Assembly: GCA_002269645.1 (NCBI GenBank)
Contig: NIVC01001617.1
Location: 1-64,000, forward strand
Direction: 5' to 3'
Length of the DNA stretch: 64,000 nt
DNA from: Macrostomum lignano
Lineage: Eukaryota
Part shown: positions 34,167 to 46,850 of the stretch, piece by piece
Position numbering within the stretch: the first letter of the stretch is position 1
How the letters are laid out: every line of letters begins with the position of its first letter
The notes under the pieces: model-generated
Database searches by the model: none
Seen by the model: only the letters and a program-made list of their open reading frames with translations
What the model was told of the DNA's origin: nothing
Program-made: the position numbers and the translations under genes

Positions 34167-35242
34167 CTGCAAGCAATGGAAGGAAGAACAGTGATGGAAT
34201 TGGTTGTGATTATTGGAATGGGGGAAGCGGTTAGATACGCACGCATACTGTAAATCCAGCCCCTGTAGCATTAAAGTAGTGAAACTGCTATGTAATAAAC
34301 TTTTATAGAGAATTGAGCAAAACCAAACCACGATGATCTGTAAAAAAATTAATTAAATGCAGCCTATAAAAAGTTTTTTTCTATATTTATAATATATTGG
34401 CTCTAGAAATTTAAAACATATTAATAGCCTTGTTAAAGCAACAATTATGATATCAATTGCCCAGGTCACATAATAATTTATCCCAAAAACGTTCTTCTTG
34501 GCCTTTTGATACTACTGCTATGCTTATTGGAATTTCTAAGTTTATTTTTTATCAAAATTGTTTATTATGCAAAATTGCAAATAAACCAAGTAGTACAAAC
34601 ATTTCAACTTCCTTTTTAAAGAGTTTTATCTTTATGTTATTATCAATGTACTAAATATAAAAATAGGCATAAATCCTAACATTATGTCAATTATGGGATA
34701 TAGTTATATAATATGAATTTCTATTGAAATACCAAATGCTTAAATTTATCAAGTTATAAAAACTATTTATAAATATTAAATTCTTTAATATTAAAAAGAA
34801 AACTGATAAATACTTGCAGTTTAATAATTAAGATTGCCACTTTATTTATGACTATATTAATAAAAATTCATTTATACCTAAGCACTTTCTATATAATTCT
34901 AAAGATATATCTATACAATCTCCAGAATTTTACCTAGCATATATGAGCTATAAGTTAGAGCTATGAGTTAGAGCTATGAGCTAGAGATTTCACAAAAATC
35001 TTTTTTGGAAAGCCTTGTTGCAATAACTTATCTGTATATGCAAATATTTTTTCTTTATCTTTTTTGTTATTTTGTCACATATATAAGTAAAAAATAAGTT
35101 TTCTTTTTTCTTACTATTTCCATGTTTTCTATGGTTTATTTTTATGTCTTTGTCTTTCACATGCTTAGAATTTTTGGTGCTTGGTTGATTGGTTTTGAGT
35201 TTTTTATCTACTTGTTAGTAAAAAACTAGTTAGTATTAGTCA

Positions 35243-36071
35243 TCTTGTTACATCATGTCATATTGAAGCGTCATGTTAAAATCATAAAAGTGTCATTTAA
35301 AAATCATAAAAGTCATGAAAAAATCATAGAAGCGTCATGAAAAAATCATGGAAGCGTCATGTAAAAATCATAGAAGTGTCATGTAAAAAAGTCATAGAAG
35401 CATCATGAAAGAATTATAGAAGCATCATGTAAAAATCAAAGTAGCGTCATGTAATAAATCATAGAAGCGTCATGAAAAATCATAGAAGCCTCTTATAAAA
35501 ACTAATGGAAGTGTCATTTAAAAATTAAGAAGCATCATGGAAGAATAAAAGAAGCGTCATGTAAAAATCAAAAGAAGCGTCATGTCAGACATGAAAGGTG
35601 TCATGTAAAAATTAAATGAAGCTATAGTGCTGTGCTAGGGAGAATTACTGAGATGTCAAGGCTCACAGAGAATAACTGAGATTACAGGGGGTTTTCTGAG
35701 ATGTCAAAGCAAAAGTCAGAAGCTACTTCAAAGTTCATGTACTTTACTCAATTTTTTTATTGCATTCTTTGTTGGCTCGCCACGGGGGGGGGGCGCTGAT
35801 AGAAGAAGAGTCATGTAAAAAAGAAAAGTAGCACTACGTATACATAAAAGAAAAGTCATGTCGAAGTTAAAAGATTCATTTGGGAATTGCTATGATGTCA
35901 AAGCTTGGAGGGAATCGTTATAGTGCTGTGATTCGCACATTTTATTGGTACATAAGCCCAGAATTAAAATGAGAATTCGATTCTTAGCCCCCCTCCCTAA
36001 GAATTCACTTCATTTTAAAGGATTTGTCCCTTGCTTATTGGCCACCCCGAAGGGGGGCACAAGATTGCTAG
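35243..36071 (+). mobile_element. Probable non-autonomous Helitron: degenerate ~22-bp internal repeats (35255-35620) and a hairpin-CTAG 3' end; 5' end uncertain
   Basis: GC hairpin gccacccc-gaa-ggggggc (36041-36058) followed 9 nt later by CTAG (36068-36071) then T; candidate A|TC 5' end at 35243 is only one of many options. Confidence 0.45.
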
Positions 36072-36410
36072 TATAATTCTATAAATCTCCTAAATCTCTA
36101 ACTCTAATTTTTTATAATTCTATAATAAAATAACAATACTAGCTTTAATAATAAAAACATTATTTATTAGACTTAAAACAAAATTAAATACAAAGCTATT
36201 GTGTTAGCTAAATGCTATTGAACATTGATCTCAATTTATCATGTGATGCTTTTAACAGAAAATAAATACAAACAATGTTTTAAGTTGTCTAAAAAATATT
36301 TAGCTTAGATTATATTATTGAATACTATAAATAACAAGGCCAACTCCTCCGCTGGAGGAGAAAGGGAAGAACTCCCATCACTGGAATTCCATTCCCTGAA
36401 ATCTATCAGC

Positions 36411-36610
36411 TGTGGCGAGTTGAGCCACGTAGAGTTTATTTGAAGTAGCACGGTGGAGGCGCGCGAGACAAAAGTCTAAAGTTATATAGGCCAGCGGTGT
36501 ACACTGGGCAGCCAATCAACGCACAGCGACCGTGCACATAGCGCTGGCCTCCCCGGCCGGGGTTGGGGTGGCTGCTGGAGCGCATACGCGCGTGTGGCGT
36601 GACCGCCACA
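36411..36610 (-). repeat. 3' LTR of the Gypsy element
   Basis: 200 bp TG...CA, matches 40481-40678. Confidence 0.97.
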
Positions 36611-39600
36611 TGGCTCCCCCCAGCGCTGGCCTAGGACCGAAACCGCGTCGGGCGGCACCGGCAAGGCGGAAGCTGGCGGCGACCAGACGCTGGAGGCCGG
36701 GTCGCTTGCACCGGTGGGAGCCCCGGCGGCTTTTGCGGGTGCGCAGTTGCGACCGGAGGGTCTCCACCACGTGGCAGTTGTGGCCGGCCGTCCAGGCGGG
36801 GGCAGCCTCGTGGCCGCAGAGCCGGAATCGCCTCGCCGGGATCGAGCGCGCAGGCTTGAGTCTATCCACTGCCACGTGATCCTGCCGCGTGCCCAGGTCG
36901 AGGCGGAAGGTCTTGTCTCCGCGCTCAAGGACCTTGAAGGGCCCGAAGTACGGCCGCTGCAGAGATGGCCGGTGGCCGTCGCGGCGGATGAAGACGTGCG
37001 TGCAGGACTCCAGGGCAGCAGGCACGGAGGCAGCGACGCGGCCATGACGCGAGGTTGGAGGCGGCCGGAACGATTGTACCGCGCTGCGTAGCCGGGCCAG
37101 GAACTGGTCGTAAGAGCCCTCGGATGGCGCGGCCTGCAGGCATTCTCCCGGTACCGTCAGCGGGGCGCAGTAGACCAGCTCGGCCGAGGAGGCGCCGATG
37201 TCCTCCTTGGGAGCCGTGCGGATGCCCAGCAACACCCAGGGCAGCTCGTCGGTCCAAGTCGGTCCGGTCAGGCGCGCCATCAGGGATGCCTTGACCTGGC
37301 GGTGGAAGCGTTCCACCAGGCCGTTAGCCTGTGGGTGAAAAGCGGTGGTGTGGTGCAGCTGCATGCCCAGCAGCCGCGACGTTGGCCCGTAGCCCGGAGG
37401 TGAACTGGGAGCCGCGGTCGGACGTGACGTCACTGGGCACGCCGAAGCGGGCGATCCAACCGGCGATGAAAGCGGACGCGCAGGAGGCAGCGGAAGTGTC
37501 GGCCAAGGGGAAAGCCTCCGGCCAGCGGGAGAACCTGTCGACGACGGTCAGCAGGTGCGTGAAGCCGTGGGACTGCGGCAGCGGTCCGACAAGGTCGATG
37601 TGGACGTGCGCGAAACGGCTGCTGGGCACCGGGATGCTGGCGGGCGGGGCGGTCACGTGGCGCTGCACCTTGGCCGTCTGGTAGGCGATGCAGCTGCGAG
37701 CCCATTGGCCGACGTCCCTGTTGATTCCCGGCCACACGAACTTCTCGGACACTAGGCGCCGCGTACTGCGTACGGACGGGTGCGCCAGGCCGTGGACTGC
37801 ATCGAAAACGGCGCGGCGGAAGTCGGTGGGCACCAGCGGGCGCGGGCGGCCGGTCACGGTGTCGCAGATGACCTCCAGGCCGGGACGCAACGTCACGTGC
37901 TCGAGCCGCAGGCCGGTGCCGGCGAGCGCGGGATGGTCTGCTCGCTGCGCGCGTGCCAGGGCCGCGTAGTCGATGCCGGGGAGCAGCGGCTGCACAGAGG
38001 CGATGGTGCAGCGGGACAGGGCGTCGGCCACCGGATTGTCCTTGCCCGCCACGTGCCGGATGTCGGTGGTGAACTCCGACACGTATGCGAGGTGCCGCTG
38101 CTGGCGTGCTGACCAGGGATCCGACAACTTGGCCATGGCCGCGACCAGGGGTTTGTGGTCGGTGTAGGCGGTGAAGATGCGGCCTTCCAAAAGGTAGCGG
38201 AAATGCCGCATGGCCAGATAGAGAGCGAGTAACTCCCGGTCGAACGCGCTGTATTTTGTTCAGCCGGTCGCAGTTGGCGGCTGAAGAAAGCGAGTGGCCG
38301 CCAGGCCTCGCCGACACGCTGCTCCAGAACCGCCCCAATGGCGGTGTCCGAGGCGTCGACCGTCAGGGCCGTTGGGGCGTCGGGCTCCGGGTGCGCAAGC
38401 ATGGTCGCGTCAACCAGGGCCTGCTTCGTGCTGTTGAAGGCGTCCGTCAGCTCCGGTGTCCACTGAACGATCTTGTCCTTGCTGGCCAGGGCGCCGTAGA
38501 TGGGGCGCAGCAACTGGGCGGCCCGCGGCACGAACCTGTGATAGAAGTTCACCATGCCGGCAAACTCTTGCAGGCCCTTGACGGTCGCGGGCGGAGCGAA
38601 TCGGGCGATGGCTTCGACTTTGTCGGGCAGCGGCATGGCGCCCCGGCTGTTGATGCGGTGGCCCAGAAAGTCGATTTCGCTGCGGCCAAACTGGCACTTG
38701 GCTGGATTAATGAGGAGGCCGTTGTCTGCCAGGCGCTGGAACAGCGTGTGCAGGTGCCCCAGATGCTGCTGAGGGCCGCTGCTCGCCACTAGGAAGTCGT
38801 CGATATAGGCGAACACGAAGTCCAGGCCCTGGCAGACCGTGTCAATCAGCCGTTAGAAGGCCTGGGCGGCGTTTTTGAGTCCGAATGGCATCCGGAGAAA
38901 CTCGAACAGGCCGAATGGCGTTATGACGGCCGTCTTGGCGATGTCGGCCTCGGCAACCGGGATCTGATGGTAGCCCCGCACCAGGTCGATCTTGGAGAAA
39001 ATGTTGCACCCGGACAGCCGCGCAGAAAAGTCGTGAATGTGCGGCACCGGGTAGCGGTCGGGCACCGTGGCGTCGTTGAGCCGCCGGAAATCGCCGCAGG
39101 GCCGCCAACCCCCGGAGGCCTTTGGCACCATGTGTAGCGGCGACGACCAGGGGCTGCAGGACCGCCGCACGATGCCCAGCTGCTCCAGGTTGCGGAATTC
39201 CTCCTTGGCCACCGCCAGCTTGTCAGGCGGCAGGCGGCGCGCCCGGGCGTGGACGGGGGGCCCGTCGTAGGAATATGATGTTGGACCCCGTGGAGAGGCC
39301 GGGCTTTCTGGAAACTCGGCTCCGTCAGCGTCGGGAACTCCGCGAGCAGCTGGCTGTACGGGTCCCCAGCGACGGCGGCGGCGAGCTGAGGTGCCGGGCC
39401 GGACCCGAGCAGCAGGTGGGCGCTGGACAGCGAGCTAGTGTCGAGCAGACGGCGGTTTGACATGTCCACCAGTAGGCCGTGGTGCCCCAGGAAGTCCGCG
39501 CCGATCAACGGCCGTGACACCTCGGCCAGGATGAACGGCCAGGTGCAGGCCTTGACGCCGAGGTCGAGCGTCAGCGTCCGGCTGCCGAACGTGCATATCG

Positions 39601-40480
39601 GGCTGCTGTTGGCCGCGAAAAGCGGCGGGCCGGGTGTGTGCGAGGGGGCGTCTGCCACCTCAGCGCCGGTGTCGACCAAGAAGCGCCGGCCCGTGGCTAC
39701 GTCGGGGATGAGCAGGAGGTTGTTGCTGCCGGCCGTCGAGGCGTTCACTGACGGCCGGCCGGCTAGTTTCCCGAGAACTGGCAGGGCGGCTCGCAACGCC
39801 GGGCCTTGGCGCCGAACTTCCGGTGGAAGAAACAGATGAGGCCGTCGGCCTCCCTCGGCTGGTGCTGCTTCGGCTTGGCGCAAGCCGGGCGGGCGGTGGC
39901 AGCAACTACCGGCGGGTGCTCTGGCGGCAGGGTGGCGGTGGCCACGGGCTGTGCCCGGCTCGCCCAGAGTTCATCCGCGAGTCGCGCAACTGCGCGCGGG
40001 TCAGCGAAATCCACGGAGACGAGTGCCATGCGAATGTCGGCCGGCATCTGCTGGCGGAAAAGCTCCTCGAAGAGCATGCAGGGCCGGTGGTTGCCGAGCA
40101 GGGCCAGCATCTCGTCCATGAGCTCGGACGGGCGGCGGTCACCGAGGCCGGCCAGGTTGAGCAGCCGGCTGGCACGCTGTTGGTGCGTCAGGCCGAATGT
40201 GCCGAGGAGGCGGGCCTTGAGAGCATCGACTTGTTTTCAGCCGACAGTGTCTCAAGCACGTCCAGCAGGCGCTCGGCTGACTGCTGGTCCAGCGCGGCTA
40301 CGAGGTGAAAGTATTTGGTAGCATCTTGCGTGATGTTGCGGACGAATTGCGCCTCCGCCTGGATGAACCAGGCGCGAGGCTGGCTGGCCCAGAACGTGGG
40401 CAGCTTGAGGGCCACCGCAGACTCAGTTGACTTACTGAGGAGTTATTCTCAAACAGGTGGTTGAGCGTCGGGCTCACCAA

Positions 40481-40678
40481 TGTGGCGAGTTGAGCCACGT
40501 AGAGTTTATTTGAAGTAGCAGGGTGGAGGTGCGCGAGACAAAAGTCTAAAGTTATATAGGCCAGCAGTGTACACTGGGTAGCTAATCAACACAGCGACCG
40601 TGCACATAGTGCCAGCCTCCCTGGCCAGGGTTGGGGTGGCTGCTGGAGCGCATACGCGCGTGTGGCATGACCGCCACA
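40481..40678 (-). repeat. 5' LTR of the Gypsy element
   Basis: 198 bp TG...CA, adjacent to PBS. Confidence 0.97.
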
Positions 40679-43600
40679 CAGCTGAATTCCATGACCCGAG
40701 TCCCATCATCTATCTCCAAAGACAAAAAATCCTCTCTGTGAAATTGAACACCATCAAAATGCTCTCTGGGAAATAAGACTCAGTCGAAAATTTCTCTATC
40801 AAAAAGAACTCAACTCTCCAGATTCATTGGTTAGGGTTATGGTTAGATTAGGGTTAGGGTAGAGCTCCACAGAGCTGCGTGTTGAAAGACGCCAATAAAA
40901 ATATTGAATTAAATGAATAAATTGATTGTGCAGCCAATTTCTCAGCCGCTTGCACAAAATGATTGCACAATCTAAATCAACCCTCCAATACACAGCGGCA
41001 GTAAGAAGTTGAACCCTCCCCCAACTTTATCTATTACATCTTGCAAAACTGAGTACAATCTTTGCAGAAAGTTAAAAGCATGGAAATAATTTTTTCAAAT
41101 GCTGTGCTTTTCTTTTTCACATTTAAAGCAAACAACCTACATCCCCAAACTTAGCATTGAAAGATCTTTCTAGTAATATAAGTCTTTTCTCTCAAAGTTC
41201 AAAACTTGAGGAACAGTTTGCGTTTCAAATTTCCCAGTTTAAAGCATTGAATTTTAGAGTGTACATTCACTGCCTGCTATAGTAAGAGGCTTGCAAGTTT
41301 ATGCATTGAATTTCACTGTCCGCTAGTTAGCAAGGGTCCAAATGTATACACACAGCCACTTAGAATGCCCCCACCCTCCCACTAAAAAGAAAATGCACTG
41401 CCAAGATAGGAAAAAGTTGTGGCACAATCACTCAAAATTGATGCAAATTTTCAGTTCAAAGCAGAAAAAGTAGCCAAAGAAGGTTAAGAAAACAGTTTTC
41501 TGCTTTTTTAACAGACTTAATTTTGAAAATTTCAACATTAAAATAGCCTATTTGTTGCATAGGAAAATTTTGCATTGATATATATAAGTCCCGCATTTGA
41601 GTTGGCAGCCATTTTTGGAGGAGATATGCGTTAAACCTGGCTGGTCAATCCATCAGTCCACTCAGCTTTACCTTTAGATATAAGATCAAGGTAGCATAGT
41701 ATGCCATGCGCATTGGAATATAACTTTTGAAGGAGAAATCTATGTACTACCTATGTACTATTTCTATGCTCTATTTCTATGTCCTACCTAACCAAAAATA
41801 TCCCTAGATGTTATACTAATTAGATAATGAGGCATTTAGCTTTATTAATATAGTCATAGTTATTGTTGCCAATTGCCCAAAATTATATTAGCTTTTGCTT
41901 AGGTATTTTTCATAAGAAAGTCATACTAAATATAATGTTATCATTTTTATTATTAGTATTTTAGATTAATAAAATCTTATGTGCAATACTTATGAGGAAC
42001 ATTTACATATAAGTGGTCAAAAACAAAGAGCCATTAAATAGGCCTAGTTGATGCCAAAGAGAAAAATTTATTTATATACAGAACAAAGCTGTTGCAAAAA
42101 CCTTTTTATAATATATTACATTTTTGTATAAAATATAAAAATTATATTGCATTAACCATAATAAATTCGGGTTGCACATGCATTAATAATAGTTTAGAAG
42201 TCAACTTTTTAACAGACTAAGTAGTAGTCCATTTTATAAAGTTTAGTAATAGTTTTATACAACTATAATATTATGCCACTCTACTATACTATACTTAGTA
42301 AGTATATATGGACATAAAAGTATTAATAGTTGTAGATAGCGATGATAGATTTATTAATGATAGACATACTTTTCAAAATTGACCTATTGTTGTCAACATC
42401 TAAAATTAGGCCTACCCTACTATGTCTGTACGACGAAACGTACTGACAAGCAAAAAAAATTGAAACCCGTAACAAAATGTTAACTGTTAAAGCTTACTCT
42501 GAGTATGCAAACATCTGGCCCTGGCGCATTTGGCTCAAGCTAGGGCTACCGGCTAGAACAATCTCTACGCCTAGCTCCTCTATGGAGTCATAATCATGAT
42601 TTGATTTATCTTAGAAAAAGATGGTCACGAAAAATTAAAAAATACAACACGACAATTGCGCTCGCGTTGTTTGCGGGATTTTAGAGAGTGAGATTCTCAA
42701 AACAATACGAGCTGACTGTAATTCGTGACCATACCGTTGCATCAGCATGGCTACATGTGCAAGTACCCTCAAATATCAAATAAATCCGGTTGAAAATCTT
42801 TCCAGCGATTGGTGGCTCGTTTGCACCGCACTAAGCCACCGTATATTTGCTACGTACAAAGTTTGTTATGCCTTCTATGGGTTTATTTTTTCGCCCGGGA
42901 AATCATGCCAAATGGGAAAATTTTATTTAAGTCACATTTGCTATTTTTAACCCAGATGCCTGGACCCAAAAATAATCATTCACTCTAAAGATGATTCCAT
43001 GAGTCATTTTTTAGGAAATGGCAAAGCCATATAAGATATAAATTTTTCTCATTGCCTAAAAATCTTATTACACATAGGCACATTTAAATACAGAACACAA
43101 AATAGAACAAGCTGCTCTCTCCGCTTAGATATTTCAACGATTTCACCCGGCTATCCTCGACACCTAAGGATCTAATGACAACTGGATAGACTGGATGCGA
43201 AGCGAGCAAACGTCGGCCTGCTGATGGTCCAACACATTACTGCGCCTTGTGGTCGATTCCTGAGTTAGCACACCAACCCATTCCGTGCCGAGCTGCACTG
43301 CCCACAGCTGGTGCTGATGTTGCTCCGGGTTCTGTTCTCGGCTTTTTTCTTTGACCAGGAACAACATGTAGTAGGGAGCGCCATGAGACGCTATATAGCT
43401 GTTGTGTTTTGCAATTTTAATTTGCTGTGTGATGCTAATTAGATGTGTACATACATCGTGACAAATGAGATCACATATAGCTAGGAAGTGTTGCAGTGGA
43501 TAATGAACTATAGTGGAGTACATGTATCTTCGTGTAACGTGTGAAGGTGAATGTGATTCACGAGAGCATGCAAAGGTGTCTTTACTCTGCACATGTAGCT

Positions 43601-44118
43601 CGTCGTGAAAATATCCTGCTGATCAACCGCAGGAGCTGATTACGTACACGATCCTAGCTCCTTAGGCTATAGTAGTATGCATATACATAAATCTATATCA
43701 TAAATGTACTTAGAATCAGTTTTGAGGTTCGAAGAACCGTGTTAGTTTGGCTGGTCAAAAAGCTGCAGCGCATAGGCAGGAAGAAAAGCTTAGAAAAACT
43801 ACTGAAGTGGGGCAGTGGAATGAATTTACAACAGTACAGTTTACCTAACCTTCTTTTAGATCAGGAGAAGCGGAATGAATGTACGTTTGTACAGTGCCAG
43901 CGTATCTGAGCTAATTTGAGGCAAGGTCCAGCCAACCACAACAATTTCTATCAAGTTCATTGAAGAAAGTAAAGCGCGTGGATTGCTAGGCTGTCGTGGA
44001 ACGAGATTGAGTCTATATTAGAGCATGATCCTAGGTAAAACCACGAAAACAACTACCTACAGCTATCGTGATACTGAAAATTTTCAAAAAACAGTAGACA
44101 CAGTAATTGTTTTCAGCT

Positions 44119-45630
44119 ATGACCCATCTCTTGTCGTCATTAGATTTGCAGACAAGTAGTCTCGGTGTGGGTGTACCAGTAGCATTGTTTGGTTGTTACC
44201 TAGCCAGCCGATGGTACAGAAACAGAAGCTTACCACCAGGACCCGTCGGCCTGCCAGTCATTGGTCGCCTGCCATGGATGGACCAGAAGCAGGCTCACCT
44301 GTGCGTGATTGAGATGTGCAAGCAGTATGGCGACCTGATTTCATATCGAATGGGAAGCCAGCTGATGGTCGCTGTCAACAGCTATGATCTACTCAAGGAG
44401 ATTATGGAAGACGAAAACTATACTGGCCGGCCGCGGCTTCCATTCCTTGACCGCGTAACCCAAGGATGCGGCATCTTCTTCACTGAGGGCGAGTCTTGGT
44501 CGCAGCAGCGCCGCCTCGCTATGCGGAGTCTTCGTGACTTTGGGTTCGCCCGCACTCGATCCGCTGAGATGGTAGACGCACAAGTAGACATAATCTTCCA
44601 ACTTTTAGAAGCGGCAGCAGATAATGGCGACCATATTCGCACGCTTGAAGCCTTCACTGAGGCCACTAACGGTGTGATTGCTCAACTGACGCTCGGGCGC
44701 AGGTACGAGCGGGGTGAAAAGGAATTTATTTATCTGAATGAAACAATCAAGGCCTTCTTCAACACATCATTCTTGCTCAGCATGCCTCTTTTGTTTCCAT
44801 CGTTAGACGTCATTGTGAGAACCTTGCCGGCTAGTAGTTCTTTCAACAACCTGGTATTCGGTCTGCAGGATTTTGTCCGAAACCAAGTGAACCAGCGCAA
44901 GGAGATTGTTGACGACTCAATGGAACCAGAATGTCTCTGTGACGTGTACATCCAAGAGAGACGCCGCTGTGAAAAACGTGGTGACTATGAGACATTCAAG
45001 GAGCACCAAATCGTCCGGGGCGTTGTGGAATTTTTTGTTGCTGGCACTGATACCACAGCCCGTTCGCTGGAGTGGCTCGTCGTCCTAATGGCGGTCTTCC
45101 CAGCGATTCAAGACAAGGTTCACGAGGAATTGATCCGCGTCGTTGGCTCGGAGCGGCGGCCCCTAACATCGGACAAGTCTGAACTAAACTACACTCTCGC
45201 TGTCATTGAGGAGTCGTTCAGGTTCGTGTCGCTAGTGGCTATTGGCGTTATGCACAGGGCCAAGCAGGACGCTATCTTTCACGGCTACCGGATTCCCAAG
45301 GACTCGATTATTCTGCCATGCACCTACGGAATTAACCACGATTCGCGCATCTGGGCTAAACCCGACGAGTTCTATCCGGAGCATTTCCTCAACGAGAAGG
45401 GCGCCTACACTGGCCATGGCAAGAACGTGCCCTTTATGATCGGCCGGCGGGCCTGCCCTGGGGAAGGACTGGCACGTATGGAGGTTCTGCTTGTCTTCAG
45501 CGCCATCATGCAGCGCTTCCGGGTCACACTGGCGCCGGAGTACGTTGGCAAGGAGGCGGAGATACTGAAAGGCTCGTATGGGATTCTCCGCCAGCCCGGG
45601 GACTACAAGCTGTCTGTTCAGAAGCGCTGA
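44119..45630 (+). CDS. Cytochrome P450, CYP2 clan, intronless CDS
   Basis: N-terminal anchor plus PPGP hinge; WSQQRR; FVAGTDTT; EESFR; PDEFYPEHF; PFMIGRRACPGEGLAR heme motif. ATG at 44119 follows ttttcag|ct. Confidence 0.97.
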   Translation: MTHLLSSLDLQTSSLGVGVPVALFGCYLASRWYRNRSLPPGPVGLPVIGRLPWMDQKQAHLCVIEMCKQYGDLISYRMGSQLMVAVNSYDLLKEIMEDENYTGRPRLPFLDRVTQGCGIFFTEGESWSQQRRLAMRSLRDFGFARTRSAEMVDAQVDIIFQLLEAAADNGDHIRTLEAFTEATNGVIAQLTLGRRYERGEKEFIYLNETIKAFFNTSFLLSMPLLFPSLDVIVRTLPASSSFNNLVFGLQDFVRNQVNQRKEIVDDSMEPECLCDVYIQERRRCEKRGDYETFKEHQIVRGVVEFFVAGTDTTARSLEWLVVLMAVFPAIQDKVHEELIRVVGSERRPLTSDKSELNYTLAVIEESFRFVSLVAIGVMHRAKQDAIFHGYRIPKDSIILPCTYGINHDSRIWAKPDEFYPEHFLNEKGAYTGHGKNVPFMIGRRACPGEGLARMEVLLVFSAIMQRFRVTLAPEYVGKEAEILKGSYGILRQPGDYKLSVQKR

Positions 45631-46604
45631 GCAGGTCGCTTCTCTGCTCCGGTTCTCAAGCTAAGAGCTTGTCTTTTGCCCCTAATTGTCAATCTAACAG
45701 CCAAATAATCCTGGACTGTGACTACTTACAATGATAACTGGTCATTTTTCGCTTTTAATTTTGTTGAGAATTGGTAAATGGGAATCATGCGCGTTAAAAA
45801 TTAGCTTGTTTAAATTTCTTAAATCATCATTCTTGCTATGTTGTACGAGTGTGGAAAATTCAATCGACATCTGTTCTAAAATGATTTGAAAGAGAAACAT
45901 TTTCTAAATACATTAAGCTACTTTCTGGATTCATCTTTCCTAAAATGGCTTTCAAACCACTGGGAAGCTAAAATGTCGTTGAGGTGACTGAATAATGTTG
46001 CTTCGATGTACCTTTGGGTATGACCGAATTGTGTGAACAGGATCAGTAGTGTTTGATGCCCTTATGAAATGTTTGTGTTTGCAATCCTGTATTCACACAA
46101 AACAAATGAGACGCCAATATCATTCGGCCGTATGGGTTTCTTCCATCCCAAGAGACGCAAATGCATGTAGTTGCTCAAATATATTTGGGCTTGAAAAATC
46201 ATCCTATTGCCCGAAACCCTTCGCACAAAACTATAAATTTCTGCCTAGGATACTTACAATTGGAGAAAACACTTGTAAGGGTGAAACGAAAATTAATGAA
46301 AATTCAGTTATGAATCTCAAGGAACCCTAAAATTGCAACATTGACAATGGCGGCGTGAAAGCGAGTCAGATTAGCATTGACATTGACATTATGAGAGTAC
46401 AAATTATGAGCGTGATAAATTATGAGTGACAAAATATGACAGTGACAAATTATGAAAGTGATATCATGAGAGTGACAAGTCACTGTCCGTGCGGAACAGA
46501 CAACGGCCAGAAAACGTTATGAAATATTTAAGTTTTGAAGCATGCTTGCATGTGCGAATAATGATATTTTGAGGCTATAAAGCCGGGATTGTATGAGCAT
46601 ATTG

Positions 46605-46850
46605 CATAGAGTTCACACACTCGCATAGAGTTCACACACTCGCATAGAGTTCACACACTCGCATAGAGTTCACACACTCGCATAGAGTTCACACACTCGC
46701 ATAGAGTTCACACACTCGCATAGAGTTCACACACTCGCATAGAGTTCACACACTCGCATAGAGTTCACACACTCGCATAGAGTTCACACACTCGCATAGA
46801 GTTCACACACTCGCATAGAGTTCACACACTCGCATAGAGTTCACACACTC
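46605..46850. repeat. 19-bp minisatellite (gcatagagttcacacactc), ~13 perfect copies
   Basis: Direct reading. Confidence 0.97.

Larger units (their letters stand above)
36411..40678 (-). mobile_element. Ty3/Gypsy LTR retrotransposon (CsRn1-like) with both LTRs, 4268 bp, inactivated by several frameshifts and a nonsense codon
   Basis: LTRs 36411-36610 and 40481-40678 (TG...CA, ~94% identical); 4-bp TSD CAGC; PBS TGGTGAGCCCGACG (40479-40466) ~ tRNA-Trp 3' end; PPT at 36611-36624; gag LKLPTFW..WF.QAEAQF and CFFHRKFG..ARRC..PC; protease FLVDTGA; RT PFGLKNA, YIDD; RNase H VDAS, TDHKPL; integrase HIDLVGP, SDRG, ERFHR. Confidence 0.97.

Noticed and set aside
36340-36410. Perfect 7-bp hairpin next to the Gypsy insertion; hammerhead considered
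   Set aside because: No canonical CUGAUGA/GAAA core with the required stems.
40828-40862. Short ttaggg run
   Set aside because: Only about 5 imperfect hexamers; too short to call an interstitial telomere.
42940-43400. Possible piggyBac end (ttaa-ccc) and Cys-rich remnant
   Set aside because: No matching opposite terminus found and the peptide similarity is too weak.
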